Positions 11,269-21,469 of a stretch of DNA of 32,000 nucleotides are shown here, piece by piece. Source of the DNA: Prochlorococcus marinus subsp. pastoris str. CCMP1986 (GTDB lineage Bacteria; Cyanobacteriota; Cyanobacteriia; PCC-6307; Cyanobiaceae). Position numbers and translations under genes: made by a program. Under the pieces are notes generated by a model. The model saw only the letters and a program-made list of their open reading frames with translations. It was not told the origin of the DNA and ran no database searches. Within the stretch, counting starts at the first letter, position 1. Every line of letters starts with the position of its first letter. The stretch spans positions 1,260,001 through 1,292,000 of the forward strand of contig NC_005072.1 of the NCBI RefSeq assembly GCF_000011465.1, written 5' to 3'.

Positions 11269-11598
11269 TTAACAATTTTTATTCACATATGAAAGCATCA
11301 TTCCATTTTTATTTTTCTTTAACTTTCTAAAGTAATAAGCTTCAATAAGTTCTGTCTGCAACCCAAGAATACTTGCCTGACATTTATATTTTTTTTGCTC
11401 AGACTCAACTAACTGTATTTTCTCAATTTCCAATAATAAGTTACTACATACTTTATATTGCAAATCTTTGAAGCATTCATTTGCTTTTCTTAAAATTTCC
11501 GATTTAGTTAATAATTGTTCGGCAACAATAGGATTTAAGAATAAAACTAACAAAGGTAGTGAGAAACATATAAATTTCTTATAACTAAAAAGAGTCAA
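11269..11598 (-). CDS. Small secreted or periplasmic hypothetical protein
   Basis: Signal-peptide-like N-terminus MTLFSYKKFICFSLPLLVLFLNPIVAEQ followed by a Lys/Glu/Cys-containing soluble region. Confidence 0.55.
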   Translation of the reverse strand: MTLFSYKKFICFSLPLLVLFLNPIVAEQLLTKSEILRKANECFKDLQYKVCSNLLLEIEKIQLVESEQKKYKCQASILGLQTELIEAYYFRKLKKNKNGMMLSYVNKNC

Positions 11599-11664
11599 AA
11601 AGTAAAAACCCTCCTAATAAAATCATGTTAAAAATAATATAAAAAAATTATCAATACTTTTTTC

Positions 11665-11696
11665 TTTAAAAAAAAAGGTGTTCAAAAAGAACACCT
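11665..11696 (-). terminator. Rho-independent-like terminator downstream of the HU gene
   Basis: Minus strand: AGGTGTTC-TTTTT-GAACACCT followed by a run of T; the 8-bp perfect stem is at 11676-11696. Confidence 0.85.
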
Positions 11697-11726
11697 ATAT
11701 TAAAGACAAAATAAGCTATTAGAATA

Positions 11727-12002
11727 TTAGCCTTGAACTCTATCCTTAAATAGTTTTCCTGCTGAGAATGTAGGAACTCTTTTCGCGGGAATCGCAATTT
11801 TTTCCCCAGTTTTAGGGTTTAAGCCCTGTCTAGCAGAACGATCCCTTGGTTCAAAAGAACCAAATCCCAGTATGGAGACTTTTTTGCCTTCCACTACTGA
11901 ATCAACAATAGTTTCAATAGCTGCATCAACAACTAAAGATACATCTGTTTTTGTAAGCTCAGTACGAGCAGCTACAAGATTTACTAAATCAGCTTTGTTC
12001 AT
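11727..12002 (-). CDS. hupB: DNA-binding protein HU
   Basis: MNKADLVNLVA..., ILGFGSFEPRDRSARQGLNPKTGEKIAIPAKRVPTFSAGKLFKDRV is the HU/IHF signature. Confidence 0.95.
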   Translation of the reverse strand: MNKADLVNLVAARTELTKTDVSLVVDAAIETIVDSVVEGKKVSILGFGSFEPRDRSARQGLNPKTGEKIAIPAKRVPTFSAGKLFKDRVQG

Positions 12003-12053
12003 TGAATTGTTTGTATAGCAGAGATTTGAAAGACAAGAATTTTAAAATCAAGT

Positions 12054-12149
12054 CTAATTACCTCGAACTTGCATATCATATGGAGCAAATACAAATACGG
12101 CAACCAAAAATGCCGGCAGCGCAAAGCTTTATACAAAATTTAATGACAT
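12054..12149 (-). other. Candidate small ORF with an in-frame UAA at codon 7 (MSLNFV*SFALPAFLVAVFVFAPYDMQVRGN)
   Basis: Manual translation of the minus strand from the ATG at 12149 to the TAG at 12054; hydrophobic helix plus polar tail; locally more GC than its flanks; absent from the ORF track. Confidence 0.35.
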
Positions 12150-12634
12150 TTTTAGCTATTCAACAATATTGTTAGATCTTAAATTTTTATAAGCACTTAA
12201 ATTTACTTTAGGTAAAATGAAGGGCCAAAACTCTTGCAGTAACTAGTTTTCTTTAAAAAAGTTTAATTTCTAATTATTAAAAAAATTTATATTTAAAAGT
12301 AATCAATTTAACAATTTCAAATATTTATTATTTTTTATTAAATTTCAGATATATTTTCTTCTCAGCACATGAAGAGGATATTCTTTCCATTTTAAAAGCA
12401 AAAAAATTCAGTAACATATTACGTTTGAACCGAGTTTTGAACTTTTTTGTGTATAAATACAAAACAAAGAAAAGAACATTTAATTAGTAATATTAAATTT
12501 TTTAAATTTAAGAATATTGATGAGTGAAACATCAAATTTGATTCTTTTTTTTTAATTTTGCACTTATGATTCTGAAATGAATTATTTAATTAAATTAGTT
12601 CATTTATAAAAAAAATTAAAGAAATAAAGAAACA

Positions 12635-14668
12635 GTGAATGATATAAAGGTTGGAAAACCATTACCTCTGGGTAGTTCAATAACTTCAGGAGGTGTCAAT
12701 TTCTCTCTAATAGCTACAAATGCAGAATATATAGAAATTTTATTATTCGAGAAAGAAGATTCAGTTGCTCCAAAAACAATCTTCAAGTTAGATCATAGTC
12801 ATAAGACTGGTTCTTATTGGCATGCTGAAATAAATAATCTCAAAGAGGGTTCAATCTATGCCTTTAGAGTAAAACAGAATGATAATGGACTAAATAAAAA
12901 TTATTCTAAAACTGTTCTCATAGATCCTTGCTCAAGAGGCATTACTGGATGGAGTAATTACAAAAGAAAAAATGCACTCAACAATATAGATAACATGGAT
13001 TGTTGTCTTAAAAGTGTTGTTTGTGATAGAAAATCTTTTAATTTTAAAGATTTCCCTAGACCTAAACACTCATGGAAAGAAACTATTATTTATGAGTTAC
13101 ATATCAAAGCATTTACTCAATCCTCTAATGAAGAAGAAAGTTGTTTTAAAAAATTTTTAAAAAAAATTCCATATCTTAAAAAACTTGGCATAACAAGTAT
13201 TGAATTACTTCCGGTATTTTGTTTTGACCCAAATGATGCTCCTAATGGATTAGAAAATTTCTGGGGATATAGTCCTATTAACTGGTTTACTCCACATTTT
13301 CAATATCTTTCTAATAATACCGCCAAAGGAAATAGAGAGGAATTTAGAAAATTTGTGGAAGAATGCCATAAAGCAAACATTGAAGTAATTTTAGATGTGG
13401 TTTATAACCATACCTCTGAAGGAGATTATCAAGGACCTGCCATATCTTGGAAAGGGATAGATGACAATCTTTATTATTTCATCGACAAAGATAAAAATTA
13501 TCAAGATGTCTCTGGATGTGGGAACACTATAGCAGCAAATAGAGGATTAGTTAGAAAATTAATATTAGAGTCATTAAAATGCTGGGTAAATGAATTAGGC
13601 GTTGATGGTTTTAGATTTGATTTAGGTATTGCCTTGTCAAGAGGTGAAGATCTCATCCCTCTTGATAATCCACCAATTTTTGATGATATTGAATGTGATC
13701 CTGAACTTGCCGATATCAAATTTATCAGTGAGCCTTGGGATTGTGGAGGATTATATAAATTAAACGATTTCCCCTCTAAGAAAACGTTTACATGGAATGG
13801 GCATTTCAGAGATGACTTAAGAAGATTTTGGAAAGGGGATAAAGATACGGCTTGGAATATGAGTGACAAAATCAAAGGTAGTCCATCACATTACAAAGAA
13901 AATAATTTCTTACCAAAGTCTATAAATTTCATAACTTCACACGATGGATTTACACTAAAAGATTTAGTTACCTTTAACAAAAAACATAATTTCGCAAATA
14001 AAGAGCAAAATAGAGATGGGGATAACCACAACAATTCATGGAATCATGGAGTGGAAGGACCTACATCAGACTTATCTATTAAAAAATTAAGAAAGCGGCA
14101 ACAAAAAAATTTACTTTTGAGTTTATTCATTTCAAGAGGAGTCCCTATGTTGCTAATGGGTGATGAAATAGGAAGATCTCAAGGCGGAAATAATAATTCT
14201 TGGTGCCAAAACAATTCTTTAGGTTGGATGAATTGGGATGAAAATCAACAAGATTTAGAACTATTAAATTATCTAAAGTATTTAATAAAAATAAGAAAAA
14301 AATTTATTAATTTTTTTAATCCTATTTCTTCAACAAATAAAAAAGAAATTGACAATTTAGCCAATTATTATTGGCATGGTCCAAAGTTAGAAAGTCCAGA
14401 TTGGAGTAGTTGGTCACATACAGTTGCATTAAGCATCAATAAAGGTGAAAATAATCCTTTAATTTGGGCTGGCTTAAATGCATATTCAAAAAGCATTGAT
14501 TTTTATTTACCAAAATCTAAAAGTAAATGGCTCAAAATTATTGATACTAATCATTCTGAAAATACTAAGCCTATCCCCATTACCGATACTTTTATTAAAG
14601 TAGATAATAGAAGCTCTGTGTTAATTATTTCAGAAGAAGTATTTGGAACAAAAAATAATATAATCTAA
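12635..14668 (+). CDS. glgX: Isoamylase/glycogen debranching enzyme (GH13, GlgX-like)
   Basis: YELHIKAFTQSS, LDVVYNHTSEG, GVDGFRFDLGIALSR, FISEPWD, NFITSHDGFTLKDLV, LLMGDEIGRSQGGNNNSWCQNN. GTG start. Confidence 0.92.
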   Translation: MNDIKVGKPLPLGSSITSGGVNFSLIATNAEYIEILLFEKEDSVAPKTIFKLDHSHKTGSYWHAEINNLKEGSIYAFRVKQNDNGLNKNYSKTVLIDPCSRGITGWSNYKRKNALNNIDNMDCCLKSVVCDRKSFNFKDFPRPKHSWKETIIYELHIKAFTQSSNEEESCFKKFLKKIPYLKKLGITSIELLPVFCFDPNDAPNGLENFWGYSPINWFTPHFQYLSNNTAKGNREEFRKFVEECHKANIEVILDVVYNHTSEGDYQGPAISWKGIDDNLYYFIDKDKNYQDVSGCGNTIAANRGLVRKLILESLKCWVNELGVDGFRFDLGIALSRGEDLIPLDNPPIFDDIECDPELADIKFISEPWDCGGLYKLNDFPSKKTFTWNGHFRDDLRRFWKGDKDTAWNMSDKIKGSPSHYKENNFLPKSINFITSHDGFTLKDLVTFNKKHNFANKEQNRDGDNHNNSWNHGVEGPTSDLSIKKLRKRQQKNLLLSLFISRGVPMLLMGDEIGRSQGGNNNSWCQNNSLGWMNWDENQQDLELLNYLKYLIKIRKKFINFFNPISSTNKKEIDNLANYYWHGPKLESPDWSSWSHTVALSINKGENNPLIWAGLNAYSKSIDFYLPKSKSKWLKIIDTNHSENTKPIPITDTFIKVDNRSSVLIISEEVFGTKNNII

Positions 14669-14669
14669 A

Positions 14670-14740
14670 AGCGGGCGGCGGGAATCGAACCCGCATCTTC
14701 AGCTTGGAAGGCTGAGGTTTTACCACTAAACCACGCCCGC
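14670..14740 (-). tRNA. tRNA-Gly (anticodon UCC)
   Basis: Minus strand GCGGGCG TGGTTTAGTGGTAAAACC TCAGC CTTCCAA GCTGA AGAT GCGGGTTCGATTCCCGC CGCCCGC; cloverleaf stems pair and the anticodon is TCC. Confidence 0.97.
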
Positions 14741-14801
14741 AAAAAGTAATAGAATTACCTTTGCAATAATACATTACCAAACAATCAACAAAGTAAAAAG
14801 A

Positions 14802-16199
14802 TTGGAAAATTCACACTCAAAAAATATAACCGGATCAAGAACAAGATTAATGCTCTCTTATGGACTTGGAGATGCAGGCACAGGTCTAGCCGCCACACAA
14901 TTTGGCTTTTTCCTTTTTAGATTCTTTATTTGTTCGGCAGGTTTACCCGTTTTAATTGCAGGTTCATTACTAATGTTGATAAAAATATGGGATGCAATAA
15001 ACGATCCATTAATAGGATGGTTAAGTGATAGGACAAAATCGAGATGGGGGCCAAGGATACCTTGGATGCTAATTGCTGCAGTGCCTCTAGGGATTTCTTT
15101 GGCAGCAATTTGGTGGATCCCCACAGGCCCTGTCATAAACAGAACGATATACTATACTTTGATTTCAATAATAGTAATGACTGCTTATACAAGTATTAAT
15201 CTTCCTTTCGCAGCTCTATCTACAGAAATCTCAGAAAAAACTTCAATAAGAACTAGGTTAAATGCCGCAAGATTTACAGGCTCAATAATAGCTGGTTTAA
15301 CTGGTTTAATAATAGCTGGAGTGGTTTTAAATTCAGAAGGATTAGCTAATAACGAATATTTTGTGATGGGCAAAATTAGCGGTTTTATAGCAGTAATAAC
15401 AACCTTATTATCTTGCTGGGGACTTGCCCCATATGCAAAAAAAGCTAGACGGCCATCTGCGAAAGCGGAACCAATTAAACTTCAATTTAAAAGAATATTT
15501 AATAACAAAAAATTTCTTAAAGTGATTTCCCTTTATATTTTACTTTGGTGTGCCTTGCAGTTAATGCAAACAGTCGCGTTAATTTATGTAGAGGATGTTC
15601 TTAATGTGCCTTCAGAAATTGCTAACTGGGTTCCAATACCATTCCAAATAAGTGCCCTAATAGGATTACAAATATGGGCAAGAGTCTCAAATAAGTTGAA
15701 CAGAATTTCAGCTTTAAACTATGGTGCAATTATTTGGATTATTTCTTGTACATCAGCATTATTTTTACCTTCTTTATCAAAAGTTTCTTCTATAGAAGAT
15801 AGCTTTTTACTTAATTTTGATAACCTTATCCTATTCATAATGTTGATTGTCATAATCTGTTTAATTGGAATAGGAGCTTCAACCGCGTACTTAATACCTT
15901 GGTCACTACTTCCTGATGCAATAGATGAAGATCCAGAAAAACCCGCAGGCCTTTATACTGCTTGGATGGTTCTTATTCAGAAAATTGGCATTGGACTAAG
16001 TGTTCAAGTATTAGGTTTATTATTATATATATCTGGTTATCAATCATGTTTTGTGGACAAATCTACTTTAAATATTATTGAACAATCATCTTTAGCTCAA
16101 TTAACCATCAGGTTGTGTATTGGTTTTATACCTTCTTTATTAGTAATAGTTGGACTATTTATAATGCGAAAGTGGGATCAAAAATTATTAACCAATTAA
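14802..16199 (+). CDS. MFS transporter, GPH/MelB-like sugar:cation symporter family
   Basis: YGLGDAGTGL, IKIWDAINDPLIGWLSDRTKSRWGPRIPWML; about 12 hydrophobic segments. TTG start. Confidence 0.85.
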   Translation: MENSHSKNITGSRTRLMLSYGLGDAGTGLAATQFGFFLFRFFICSAGLPVLIAGSLLMLIKIWDAINDPLIGWLSDRTKSRWGPRIPWMLIAAVPLGISLAAIWWIPTGPVINRTIYYTLISIIVMTAYTSINLPFAALSTEISEKTSIRTRLNAARFTGSIIAGLTGLIIAGVVLNSEGLANNEYFVMGKISGFIAVITTLLSCWGLAPYAKKARRPSAKAEPIKLQFKRIFNNKKFLKVISLYILLWCALQLMQTVALIYVEDVLNVPSEIANWVPIPFQISALIGLQIWARVSNKLNRISALNYGAIIWIISCTSALFLPSLSKVSSIEDSFLLNFDNLILFIMLIVIICLIGIGASTAYLIPWSLLPDAIDEDPEKPAGLYTAWMVLIQKIGIGLSVQVLGLLLYISGYQSCFVDKSTLNIIEQSSLAQLTIRLCIGFIPSLLVIVGLFIMRKWDQKLLTN

Positions 16200-16208
16200 T
16201 ATAAAAAC

Positions 16209-16964
16209 ATGTACTATCCTAAGTTTTTTAAAAGACTTGTAAGCAGCCTCATAATTGGAGGACAAGCAATTAACTATATCTTTAGAGGTAAAATTTCAAA
16301 AAACGATCTTTTTGAACAGCTTATGGAATCAGGTCCCGGAAGTTTAGTGATTGTTTTAATTACAGGCATTGCGGCAGGTACAGTTTTTAATATTCAGGTA
16401 GCTTCCCAACTAACAAGCATGGGGGTTTCAAGTGAAATAGGGGGCTTACTAGCTGTAGGGATGGCAAGAGAAATGGCTCCTCTTCTAACTGCTACTTTAA
16501 TGACTGGCAAAGTCGCTACTGCATATGCAGCTCAACTCGGAACGATGAAAGTTACAGAACAAATAGAAGCTATAACAATGTTAAGAACTGAACCAATTCA
16601 ATATTTAGTAGTTCCAAGATTACTCTCTATGATAATTATGTCACCAATACAATGTCTTTTATTTTTATCAGTTGCTTTATGGAGTGGGCAAATCTGGAGC
16701 ACAATTTTTTATAACGTTCCTCCCATTGTTTTTTGGACCTCTGTTCGTTCTGGTAATGTAAGCTTAACTAGTTCAGACTTATCATCCATGATAATTAAAT
16801 CCGTAGTTTTCGGATTACTAATATCAATTATTGCCTGTGGATATGGCCTTACTACTAAAGGAGGTCCAAAAGAAGTAGGAACAAGTACAACAGGTGCTGT
16901 GGTAATGACTCTTGTTACTGTATCTTTAATGGATGTAGTTCTAACACAAATATTATTTGGATAA
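16209..16964 (+). CDS. MlaE/YrbE-family ABC transporter permease
   Basis: ESGPGSLVIVLITGIAAGTVFNIQVASQL...GGLLAVGMAREMAPLLTATLMTGKVATAYAAQLGTMKVTEQIEA. Confidence 0.9.
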   Translation: MYYPKFFKRLVSSLIIGGQAINYIFRGKISKNDLFEQLMESGPGSLVIVLITGIAAGTVFNIQVASQLTSMGVSSEIGGLLAVGMAREMAPLLTATLMTGKVATAYAAQLGTMKVTEQIEAITMLRTEPIQYLVVPRLLSMIIMSPIQCLLFLSVALWSGQIWSTIFYNVPPIVFWTSVRSGNVSLTSSDLSSMIIKSVVFGLLISIIACGYGLTTKGGPKEVGTSTTGAVVMTLVTVSLMDVVLTQILFG

Positions 16965-17373
16965 ATCGATGTTTAATACTAAATCAAAACTAACTGAGCC
17001 AGTAACCATCTCTCCATCTTTTCAATTACCAATAATCCTAATAATTTTAAGTTTTATGCTCCTATTCCTAAATATTGGTTATTGGCCCACCATAGTATTT
17101 GCTGCATTTAGCTTTTTTTTATTGCTTCAATCATTTACTTTAAGAATAAAAATAACCAATGAAGATTTTATAGTTTTGCAACTTGGAAAAGAAATTAGAA
17201 CCTTTCCATTTAAAAATTGGATCTCTTGGAAATTCTTTTTTCCCATAATCCCCGGTATTTTTTACTTTAGAGAAAAGTCTAGTCCTCATTTATTACCTAT
17301 ACTATTTAATCCAGAGCAACTAAAAAACGAACTTATAAAGAAAGTTGAATCTCTGGAAATTAAAAACCCTTAA
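16957..17373 (+). CDS. DUF3119-like membrane protein
   Basis: Two TM segments then FIVLQLGKEIRTFPFKNWISWKFFFPIIPGIFYFREKSSPHLLPILFNP; family recognised from memory of picocyanobacterial gene order. TTG start overlaps the previous gene. Confidence 0.65.
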   Translation: MDKSMFNTKSKLTEPVTISPSFQLPIILIILSFMLLFLNIGYWPTIVFAAFSFFLLLQSFTLRIKITNEDFIVLQLGKEIRTFPFKNWISWKFFFPIIPGIFYFREKSSPHLLPILFNPEQLKNELIKKVESLEIKNP

Positions 17374-17407
17374 AAAAAATTTTTTGATTAATTACAAATT
17401 CAATTAA

Positions 17408-18418
17408 ATGACTAATACAAAAGTTTCTAATAATAATCCTGATAAGGAATCAATAATCAATAAATCAATTACAAAAGCAAAAGATAATGAAATAATCAAA
17501 AATAAAACAATTCAAAATAAAAAGGTAAATTCTGTAAGTAAAGAACCTAATAAATCTGTAGATGATATTTCAAATGAACTATTTAGCGAACTTATTTCAA
17601 AAAAAATCTCTTTAGTTCAAGAGATAAAAGATTTAGAAACAAAAAAAAATGAATTAGAAAAAGATATTGAATCAAATTTCAAGGGTCAATCAGATAATAT
17701 CGCAAAAAGAGTAAAGGGATTCCAAGAATATTTAACGGGCTCTTTACAGAACCTTTCACAAAATGTAGAAAAACTAGAATTAGTTTCGCAACCAATAGTT
17801 GTTAAGCCTTCTCCTCTTGATGAGAAAAAAGAGGCTTCAAACAAAAATGAATTGCTTACTGTTCCTGCCTTATCTGAAACATTTAAACCAGATGAACAAC
17901 TCATTAGAAGTTGTTTCTCAAATTTCATAGAACAGCCTGATTTTTATTCAGAACCGTGGAAATTAAGACGAAGCCTTGATTCATCAGATATTGAAGTCAT
18001 GGATGATTGGTTCTTTAATATGGGTGGAAGGGGATCCCTAGAGAGCAGGGGTTCGAGGCAAAAAAATGCTTTATTATCTGCTGGGTTCATAGCTATTCTT
18101 GGTGAATTGTATGGAGACCAGTTTCAAACTCTAATATTGGCTTCTCAGCCTGAAAGATTAGGAGAGTGGAGGAGAGTTTTACAAGATTCCTTAGGTCTTA
18201 CAAGAGATGATTTTGGACCCAATAGCGGCATTGTTCTTTTTGAAAGACCAGAAGGCGTTATAGAAAGAGCTGACAGATTAGAGGCTAATGAAGAATTGCC
18301 ATTTATTATTGTGGATGCAGCGGAAACATCTGTAGAAATACCAATTCTTCAATTTCCATTATGGCTTGCCTTCGCAGGCTCAAATGATGAAATTTATGAT
18401 GATCTTGAACTAAATTAA
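17408..18418 (+). CDS. DUF3086-like conserved cyanobacterial protein with Lys/Asn-rich coiled-coil N-terminus
   Basis: [23 protein letters not shown] coiled coil; conserved C-terminal block [85 protein letters not shown]. Confidence 0.75.
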   Translation: MTNTKVSNNNPDKESIINKSITKAKDNEIIKNKTIQNKKVNSVSKEPNKSVDDISNELFSELISKKISLVQEIKDLETKKNELEKDIESNFKGQSDNIAKRVKGFQEYLTGSLQNLSQNVEKLELVSQPIVVKPSPLDEKKEASNKNELLTVPALSETFKPDEQLIRSCFSNFIEQPDFYSEPWKLRRSLDSSDIEVMDDWFFNMGGRGSLESRGSRQKNALLSAGFIAILGELYGDQFQTLILASQPERLGEWRRVLQDSLGLTRDDFGPNSGIVLFERPEGVIERADRLEANEELPFIIVDAAETSVEIPILQFPLWLAFAGSNDEIYDDLELN

Positions 18419-18423
18419 CTTCT

Positions 18424-19020
18424 ATGCATATTTTAATTATTTCTATAAGTTATTTTTTGGGATCACTACCAACAGGATTCTTATTTGGTAAATTTCTAAA
18501 AAATATTGATTTAAGACTTACAGGATCTGGATCAACCGGGGCAACGAATGTTTTAAGAAATGTGGGGAAATGGCCTGCTTTTTTTGTTTTTATTATTGAT
18601 GTAGGCAAAGGTCTTATTGCTGTTAAGATTGCTCAACATTATACAAATCAAAACTTATTTGAAGTTTTAGCAGGGATTGCTGCTATTTCAGGACATATAT
18701 GGCCAATATGGTTAAAAGGAAAAGGTGGGAAGGCAGTAGCTACAGGTTTAGGAATGTTTATTGCTCTTTCTTGGAAAATAGGATTTGCATCACTGGGAAT
18801 TTTTTTAATAATTCTTGCAAAATCTAAGATTGTCTCTTTATCGAGTATCTCAGCTGCAATTTTTTTACCATTTTTAATGTTTTTAGATATTGGATCTACT
18901 AATCATCCTTACTTCTTTATTAGTTTAGTTGTATCAATATTAGTTATCTGGAAGCATAGAACAAATATTAGACGATTACTTAAAGGAGAAGAATTAAAGA
19001 TAAATGATATTAACAAATAG
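18424..19020 (+). CDS. plsY: Glycerol-3-phosphate acyltransferase PlsY
   Basis: [51 protein letters not shown]. Confidence 0.94.
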   Translation: MHILIISISYFLGSLPTGFLFGKFLKNIDLRLTGSGSTGATNVLRNVGKWPAFFVFIIDVGKGLIAVKIAQHYTNQNLFEVLAGIAAISGHIWPIWLKGKGGKAVATGLGMFIALSWKIGFASLGIFLIILAKSKIVSLSSISAAIFLPFLMFLDIGSTNHPYFFISLVVSILVIWKHRTNIRRLLKGEELKINDINK

Positions 19021-19729
19021 ACTCGCAGATATCCAAAAAAGCCTTATTGGGATCTTTTGCTTTTGTAATAGCTCTTCCAATAACCAATTTAGAAGATCCA
19101 TTACTTATTGCTTCAAAAGGAGTCATTATTCTATTTTGATCATCTTTTTTTTGAATATTTGTCCTAATACCAGGTGTTATTAATTCGAAATTATTTTTAT
19201 ACATTGATCTCAATATTTTTGCCTCCAAAGGAGAACAAACGCATCCATCTAATCCAGCATCGAAAGACAATTTTGCAAGTCTGATAACATTTTCCTCAAT
19301 CGAGTTTTTTCTATCAAGATCAGTTTGGAATTCTTCACTAGATAAGCTAGTTAAAACAGTTATCCCTATAACACAAGGAGCATTTACAGTAGCTATTTTT
19401 GCTCCTTCTAAAGATGCTTTTTTTGATGCAGTAAGAGCTTTAGAACCTGCTGAAGCATGAACAGAAATAATATCAACTCCGAGTTTGGACACCTCATAAC
19501 AAGCAGCGCTCATAGTATTAGGAATATCGTGAAATTTAAGATCTAAGAATATTTTTTTATTTAAATTTTTCAAAATTTTTATTACACTAGGTCCCTCCCT
19601 CGTAAAAAGTTCTAAGCCAACTTTTACCCATTTAATATTGGGACATCTTTCTAGCAATACTTTTGCTTGAAATATATCTAATCCATCAATAGCTAATATT
19701 ATTTTTTCTTCTGTATTAAATTTTTTCAT
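19010..19729 (-). CDS. pyrF: Orotidine 5'-phosphate decarboxylase
   Basis: [41 protein letters not shown]. Confidence 0.95.
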   Translation of the reverse strand: MKKFNTEEKIILAIDGLDIFQAKVLLERCPNIKWVKVGLELFTREGPSVIKILKNLNKKIFLDLKFHDIPNTMSAACYEVSKLGVDIISVHASAGSKALTASKKASLEGAKIATVNAPCVIGITVLTSLSSEEFQTDLDRKNSIEENVIRLAKLSFDAGLDGCVCSPLEAKILRSMYKNNFELITPGIRTNIQKKDDQNRIMTPFEAISNGSSKLVIGRAITKAKDPNKAFLDICESIC

Positions 19730-19735
19730 TTAATT

Positions 19736-20974
19736 TTAATTGTCAAACCTTTTAATTATTTTCTTGCCAATTTGCAATATTTTGCCTGATAAATCCTCTT
19801 TTGAATCAAAAACAAGATCTGGATTTACTAATTTATAACTATCGATTTTTACACCCCCACCTTTAATAGATCTTTTTGATTCGCTACTAGATTTAAATAA
19901 GTTTAATGAGCTTAACAAATAAAAAAATTTCACAGGAAACACAATTTCTTTTAAAGAAATTATTGGAATCTCTCCAACTTTTTCTTTAAGTCCTAAAAAA
20001 AGTTTTTCACAATTAGATTGTGCTCTTAATGCTTCTTCTTTTCCATGATAAAGGGACGTGACTTCCAAGGCCATCCGTCTTTGCAAATCTCGAGGATTAT
20101 TGTCTTTAAGGAGAGTTAAATCTAATTCTGTAAGCAATTCAAAATAGGATGGAATAATATTATCTGGAACTTTTTCTAGTTTCGAATACATTGATAGTGA
20201 ATCCTCGCTCAAGCCAACAGTATTAGATTCTGATTTACTCATTTTTTTAATTCCATCCAATCCAGTTAAAATTGGAAGCAATATTCCATATTGTGGTTCT
20301 TGTTTAAAGTGTCTTTGCAAATCTCTTCCTATTGCAATATTAAATTTCTGATCTGTACCACCAAGTTCAATATCTGAATTCACTGCCACTGAATCATAGC
20401 CTTGAAGTAATGGGTATAAAAATTCATGTAATGCAATTGGAGTTTGAGAGTTATATCTCTTATTAAATTCTTCCTTGGCGAGCATCTGGCTAACAGTAGC
20501 GCTTCCCATTAATTCAATAATTGAATTAAGATTTAGATTTTTTAACCACTCACTGTTGTATCTAATTTCTATCCTATCTTCTGAATCAAAATCTAAAATA
20601 GATTTATCAGATGATTTACCCATCCCAAGTTGATTTAAATATGTTTTTGAATTTTCCTTAACCTCTTCTTCGGATAGTTGAACTCTTGTTTTATTTTTTC
20701 CTGTTGGATCTCCTATTTGTGCAGTAAAATCTCCAATTATTAGTACCGCAACATGACCATTATCTTGAAAAGCTCTGAGTTTTTTAAACAAGATACTATG
20801 ACCAAGATGAATATCAGTTCCTGTTGGGTCTATACCAAGTTTTACTCTTAATTTACTTTTACTTTTATTCGCATCATTGATTTTAGATGAAAGTGTTTGA
20901 TCAAAATTTCTGAGTGGAAATGATTCTTCTATTCCCCGGAGGAGCCATTTTGGTAATTCAAATTTATCTACCAT
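19736..20974 (-). CDS. tyrS: Tyrosyl-tRNA synthetase
   Basis: [67 protein letters not shown]. Confidence 0.95.
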
Positions 20975-20995
20975 AAAAAATTCAATTTTAGAAAG

Positions 20996-21319
20996 TTAAG
21001 AACTCTTATCAAGTTCTTCCTTCATTCTTATCAAGGTTTTATTCATTTGATCGAACATTTGATCAGGAGTAATTCCAAATTGGCTTAACTGCGTCTTTAA
21101 CTGTTCTACAGTCATTTTAGCTTGAAAATCTTCTGACAATTCGAACCTTTTCATAAAAACTTTATATCGATCCATAAGTGATTCCATTTTCTTTATAAAC
21201 ATAACTTTTCCTTCTCTATCAAATTTCCCATAATCAGAACCTAGTTTCATCAGTTCTTGATAATCTGTAAAAAGCTTTTTAGCTTCTTCTTGAACTATAT
21301 CTGACTCGAAAAAGCTCAT
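20996..21319 (-). CDS. DUF1825-like conserved cyanobacterial protein
   Basis: MSFFESDIVQEEAKKLFTDYQELMKLGSDYGKFDREGKVMFIKKMESLMDRYKVFMKRFELSEDFQAKMTVEQLKTQL; family assigned from recollection. Confidence 0.8.
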   Translation of the reverse strand: MSFFESDIVQEEAKKLFTDYQELMKLGSDYGKFDREGKVMFIKKMESLMDRYKVFMKRFELSEDFQAKMTVEQLKTQLSQFGITPDQMFDQMNKTLIRMKEELDKSS

Positions 21320-21469
21320 TTTTTATTTTAATTAACTTAATAGTTTACTCCTTACCAAGATAACAAGAATCTTTTGAATTAATTATAAGATTAATAAATT
21401 TTTAGTTTATAAATATTTATTTGAATAATAATAATTAAGAATTAAGATTCTAAAACATAATAAACACAT

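Noticed and set aside
13501-15373. Several antisense or out-of-frame ORFs at 13501-13875, 14858-15136, 14926-15108 and 15185-15373
   Set aside because: All are embedded in the glgX-like or MFS transporter genes and read as mirror-frame artefacts.
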